DNA from: Mobula birostris
Taxonomy: Eukaryota
Direction of reading: 5' to 3'
Length of the DNA: 64,000 nucleotides
NCBI RefSeq assembly: GCF_030028105.1
Contig: NC_092374.1
Location: forward strand, 46,075,016-46,139,015
Shown here one piece after another: positions 60,757-64,000 of the stretch (position 1 is its first letter; every line of letters begins with the position of its first letter). The notes beneath the pieces are model-generated. The model was not told the origin of the DNA. It did no database searches and worked only from the letters and a program-made list of their open reading frames with translations. Made by a program: the position numbers and the translations under genes.

Positions 60757-63700
60757 TGTGGTGATGTGTACACATGTCATGTGTAAGAATATGATTGGAC
60801 AGAGTTGGGAGCATGCACAGAAATGACAGAATGATCTAGGGAACATGGCTGTAAGAAACATTCTTGCTGTTTGCTGTTGTAAATAAAAATTCTAGTTTTA
60901 ATTCTTAGTAACCTACGGTATGTGTGAAGAACAAAACATGGTGCAGAAGTTGGTCTGGAAGAATAATTCGTTTTGCTAACACAGGATAAGTGAGGATAAT
61001 AGAAAAAAGAGCACAAAATTTTTCGTTGTTTGCTAACAGCTTTAAAAATGAAAGTTTTGCAACCCTCATCAACGCATCAGCTGACTGGAAACGTAGCTGA
61101 AAACTGGAAAAGATTTAAACAGCGTTTCAAAATTTATTTATCGACGATTGGAGGAGAAAATAAAATGGAAAAAATGAAAGCAGCGATCTTATTCCACGCA
61201 ATAAGGGATGACACAATTGAGGTACATAATCATTTTACTTTTGAAAATGGAGATAATTTGAATCTAAGAGAGATAATCGACAAATTTGAAGCATTTTGCA
61301 TACCGAAGTGTAATGTGACGTATGAACGCTACAATTTTTTCAAATGTTGTCAGAGACCTGGTCAAACGATTGATCAATTTGTTATGGAGTTGAGAAACCA
61401 CAGTAAAAGATGCGAGTTTTCAGAGCTTACAGACTCTCTCATTAAAGACAGAATTATTTGAGGCATTCTGGATAATGGTCTGAGAGGAAGACTGTTAAAA
61501 CAAGATATGAATTTGAAAAAAAAACTGTGGCACTCTGCAAAGCTTCTGAGACTGACATCACAGGCTTAAGAGCTTATTATTGAGAACTGGAACGTACACA
61601 CTGTGCGCGAACGTATTAGAAAACATAATAAAATAGCAATGGAACTGACAGAGAACAAGACATCCTCTGAAAGAAAAAAACTTTGTGATTGCTGTGGGCG
61701 GAAGCATCAACCTAAAAAGTGTCCAGCACATCGGAAAATGTGCAACAACTGTGGTAAGAGCAATCATTTTTCATGCTGTTGCAGAAGTAGAAAGGAAATA
61801 AAACACGTAAATGCAGTGCTTGAAAATGAATGCGAGGAGTTTTATATAGATGTGCTTTGTGAAAACAAATAAAGTAAGAATGACTGGACTATGCCATTGC
61901 AAGTGAAGCAAAACATTATTCAGTGTAAATTGGATACTGGAGCACAAGTAAATGTTCTTGCAGAATCTGAGTTGAATGCATTAAAACGAAGACTAAAGTT
62001 ACATCAGACAAATATAAAAATGACTTGGTATTCAGGTGCAGACATTCCAGTTAAAGGAACATGTGTGGCAAAAGTATCACACAAAAATATTGTGCACACG
62101 CTTTCATTTGTGGCGGTGCCGAAGAATGTACAGTCAATACTGGGTCTATCTGCCTGTGAGAGACTGAATTTGGTGAAAAGAGTTTTAATCTTGGATAGTG
62201 ACACAAGGTCAGAATACATGACTTGATGGAAGAGTATGAAGATTTGTTCAAAGGGCCTGGTTGTCTTCCAAGAGAGCACATGATTAAAATTGACAACACA
62301 GTGCAACCTGTAGTACATCCATGTAGAAAAGTACCTTTTGCACTACATGATCAACTGTAAACAGAGCTTGACAGAATGGAATGGTTAGGGGTCATACAAA
62401 AAATTGATGAACTGACTGAATGGGTCAATTCGCTTGTTACTGTTGATAAGAAAAATGGAAAACTGAGGATTTGCTTAGATCCAAGAGCCTTGAATCGAAG
62501 CATTAAAAGACAGCATTTCAAATTGCCTACTCGTGAAGAAATTATATCACATTTTCCTATGCAAAGTATTTTAGTAAATTAGATGTATCCTCTGGATTCT
62601 GGCAACTTAAACTAGATGAACCGAGTCGAAGTTGTGTACCTTTAACACTCCTTTTGCCAGATACCGTTTTCTTAGGTTTCCATTTGGAATTGCATCAGCT
62701 CCTGAGGTGTACCATAAAACTATTCACATGCCATATGAGCACATTGAGGGTGTAGATACTTCCATGGATGATATTATCCATGGATCATCTAAACAAGAGC
62801 ATGACGCCAGACTTAGACAAGTCTTAGAGGCAACACGCAAGGCAAACCTGAAGTTGAATAAAAACAAATGTCAGCTTGGAGTGACTGAACTTACCTTTGC
62901 GGGTGATATCATCAGCAAATAGGGTGTGCACTCTGATCCATTGAAGGTTTCTGCTATTGAGAACGTGCCAAGATTGCAATGTAAAAAGGATGTTCAAAAG
63001 TTTATGGGAATGGTCAACCACATGGGAAAATTCATACCCAATTTTTCGGAACAGCTTGCTCCATTGAGGCAGCTAACAGAAAAGGAAAGTAAATGGAGCT
63101 GGAATCAGGAAAAGGAGAAGGCATGGCAAAACCTCAAGAAAGTGCTCACCAAAGAACCTGTGATGAAATTCCATGATGCTGAGAGACCCACCAAGATCTC
63201 ATGTGATGCATCTCAAGCAGGCTTAGGGACAGTATTACTCCAGAAACATGATCAGGAATGGCTACCAGTGGCATATGCATCTCGTGCGTTATCCGATCCA
63301 GAAACAAGGTATGCCCAAATTGAAAAAGAATTGCTCAGCATTAGGTTTGCTTGTGAAAGATTTTATCAGTTTGTGTCAGGGCAATCTATTGATGTTGAAG
63401 CCTTTGATTGCATTGTTTAACAAACGATTAAGTGACTGCCCTTTGCGAATTCAGCGAATGATGATCAAATTGCAAAGATATGCATTGAATGTGTCATACA
63501 CACCTGGAAAATTCATGTACACGGTTGACACACTTTCCAGAGCTGTGGATCCAACAACAAAAGACAGTCACAGTAACATTATTGATGTTCAGGTATTTAT
63601 TGATATGGTCATAGAAACTGTACCTGTTTCTCCCAAAAAGTTGAAACTGCTGCGTCTTGAGACAGAGAAGGACAAAATTCTCAGTCAGGTTATGCAAGTG

Positions 63701-64000
63701 GTGATGGATGGATGGCCAGATAATAGGCATGACTGTACCTCAGTAGTACAAGAATATTGGACCCACAGATCAGAACTTTCTGTTGTGGATGGGATATTGT
63801 ACAAAGGCAGCAGAATTGTGATTCCTAAAAGTCTCTGAAAAGAAATGCTGGGGAAAATCCATGACGGCCACCCAGGTATTGAAAAGTGTAAGGGAAGGGC
63901 GCGGGAAGTGATGTTTTGGCCCAGGGTGAATCAGGAAATTGCAGAATTGGTGACTTCTTGTCAAATATGCTTTAAATACCAAGCTAGCAACCCTAAGGAG
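60757..64000 (+). mobile_element. Gypsy (Mag-like) LTR retrotransposon: 5' LTR 60757-60938, PBS, gag-pol pseudogene running off the window
   Basis: TG..CA LTR then TGGTGCAGAAGT PBS; gag GNVAENWKRFKQ; two CCHC knuckles; KLDTGA; SMDDI; CDAS; integrase His-finger. Confidence 0.95.

Overview
Vertebrate genomic DNA. The repeat repertoire (CR1, Rex1/L2-type LINEs, Penelope elements with minimal hammerhead ribozymes, V-SINE and Deu-type SINE remnants, Gypsy, hAT and Tc1 elements) points to a cartilaginous fish, probably a ray or skate; this is an inference. Roughly two thirds of the window is nested, decayed transposable elements, and most long ORFs in the track belong to them. I found no intact host gene. 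The main observation is that the AT-rich non-repeat islands (about 4.4-8.5, 31.8-33.5, 40.4-45.5 and 49.3-52.9 kb) appear tiled with degenerate immunoglobulin-superfamily V-domain exons on both strands. They include 46-nt leader-like exons, an octamer+TATA promoter, two V 3' ends followed by a CACAGTG heptamer and J-like motifs. They also include one multi-exon minus-strand pseudogene (V, second Ig domain, TCR-beta/gamma-like TM, small cytoplasmic exon) and a V+TM(Arg) remnant. These calls come from manual motif reading across stops and frameshifts and need a profile-HMM check. Most TE boundaries without a stated TSD are approximate.
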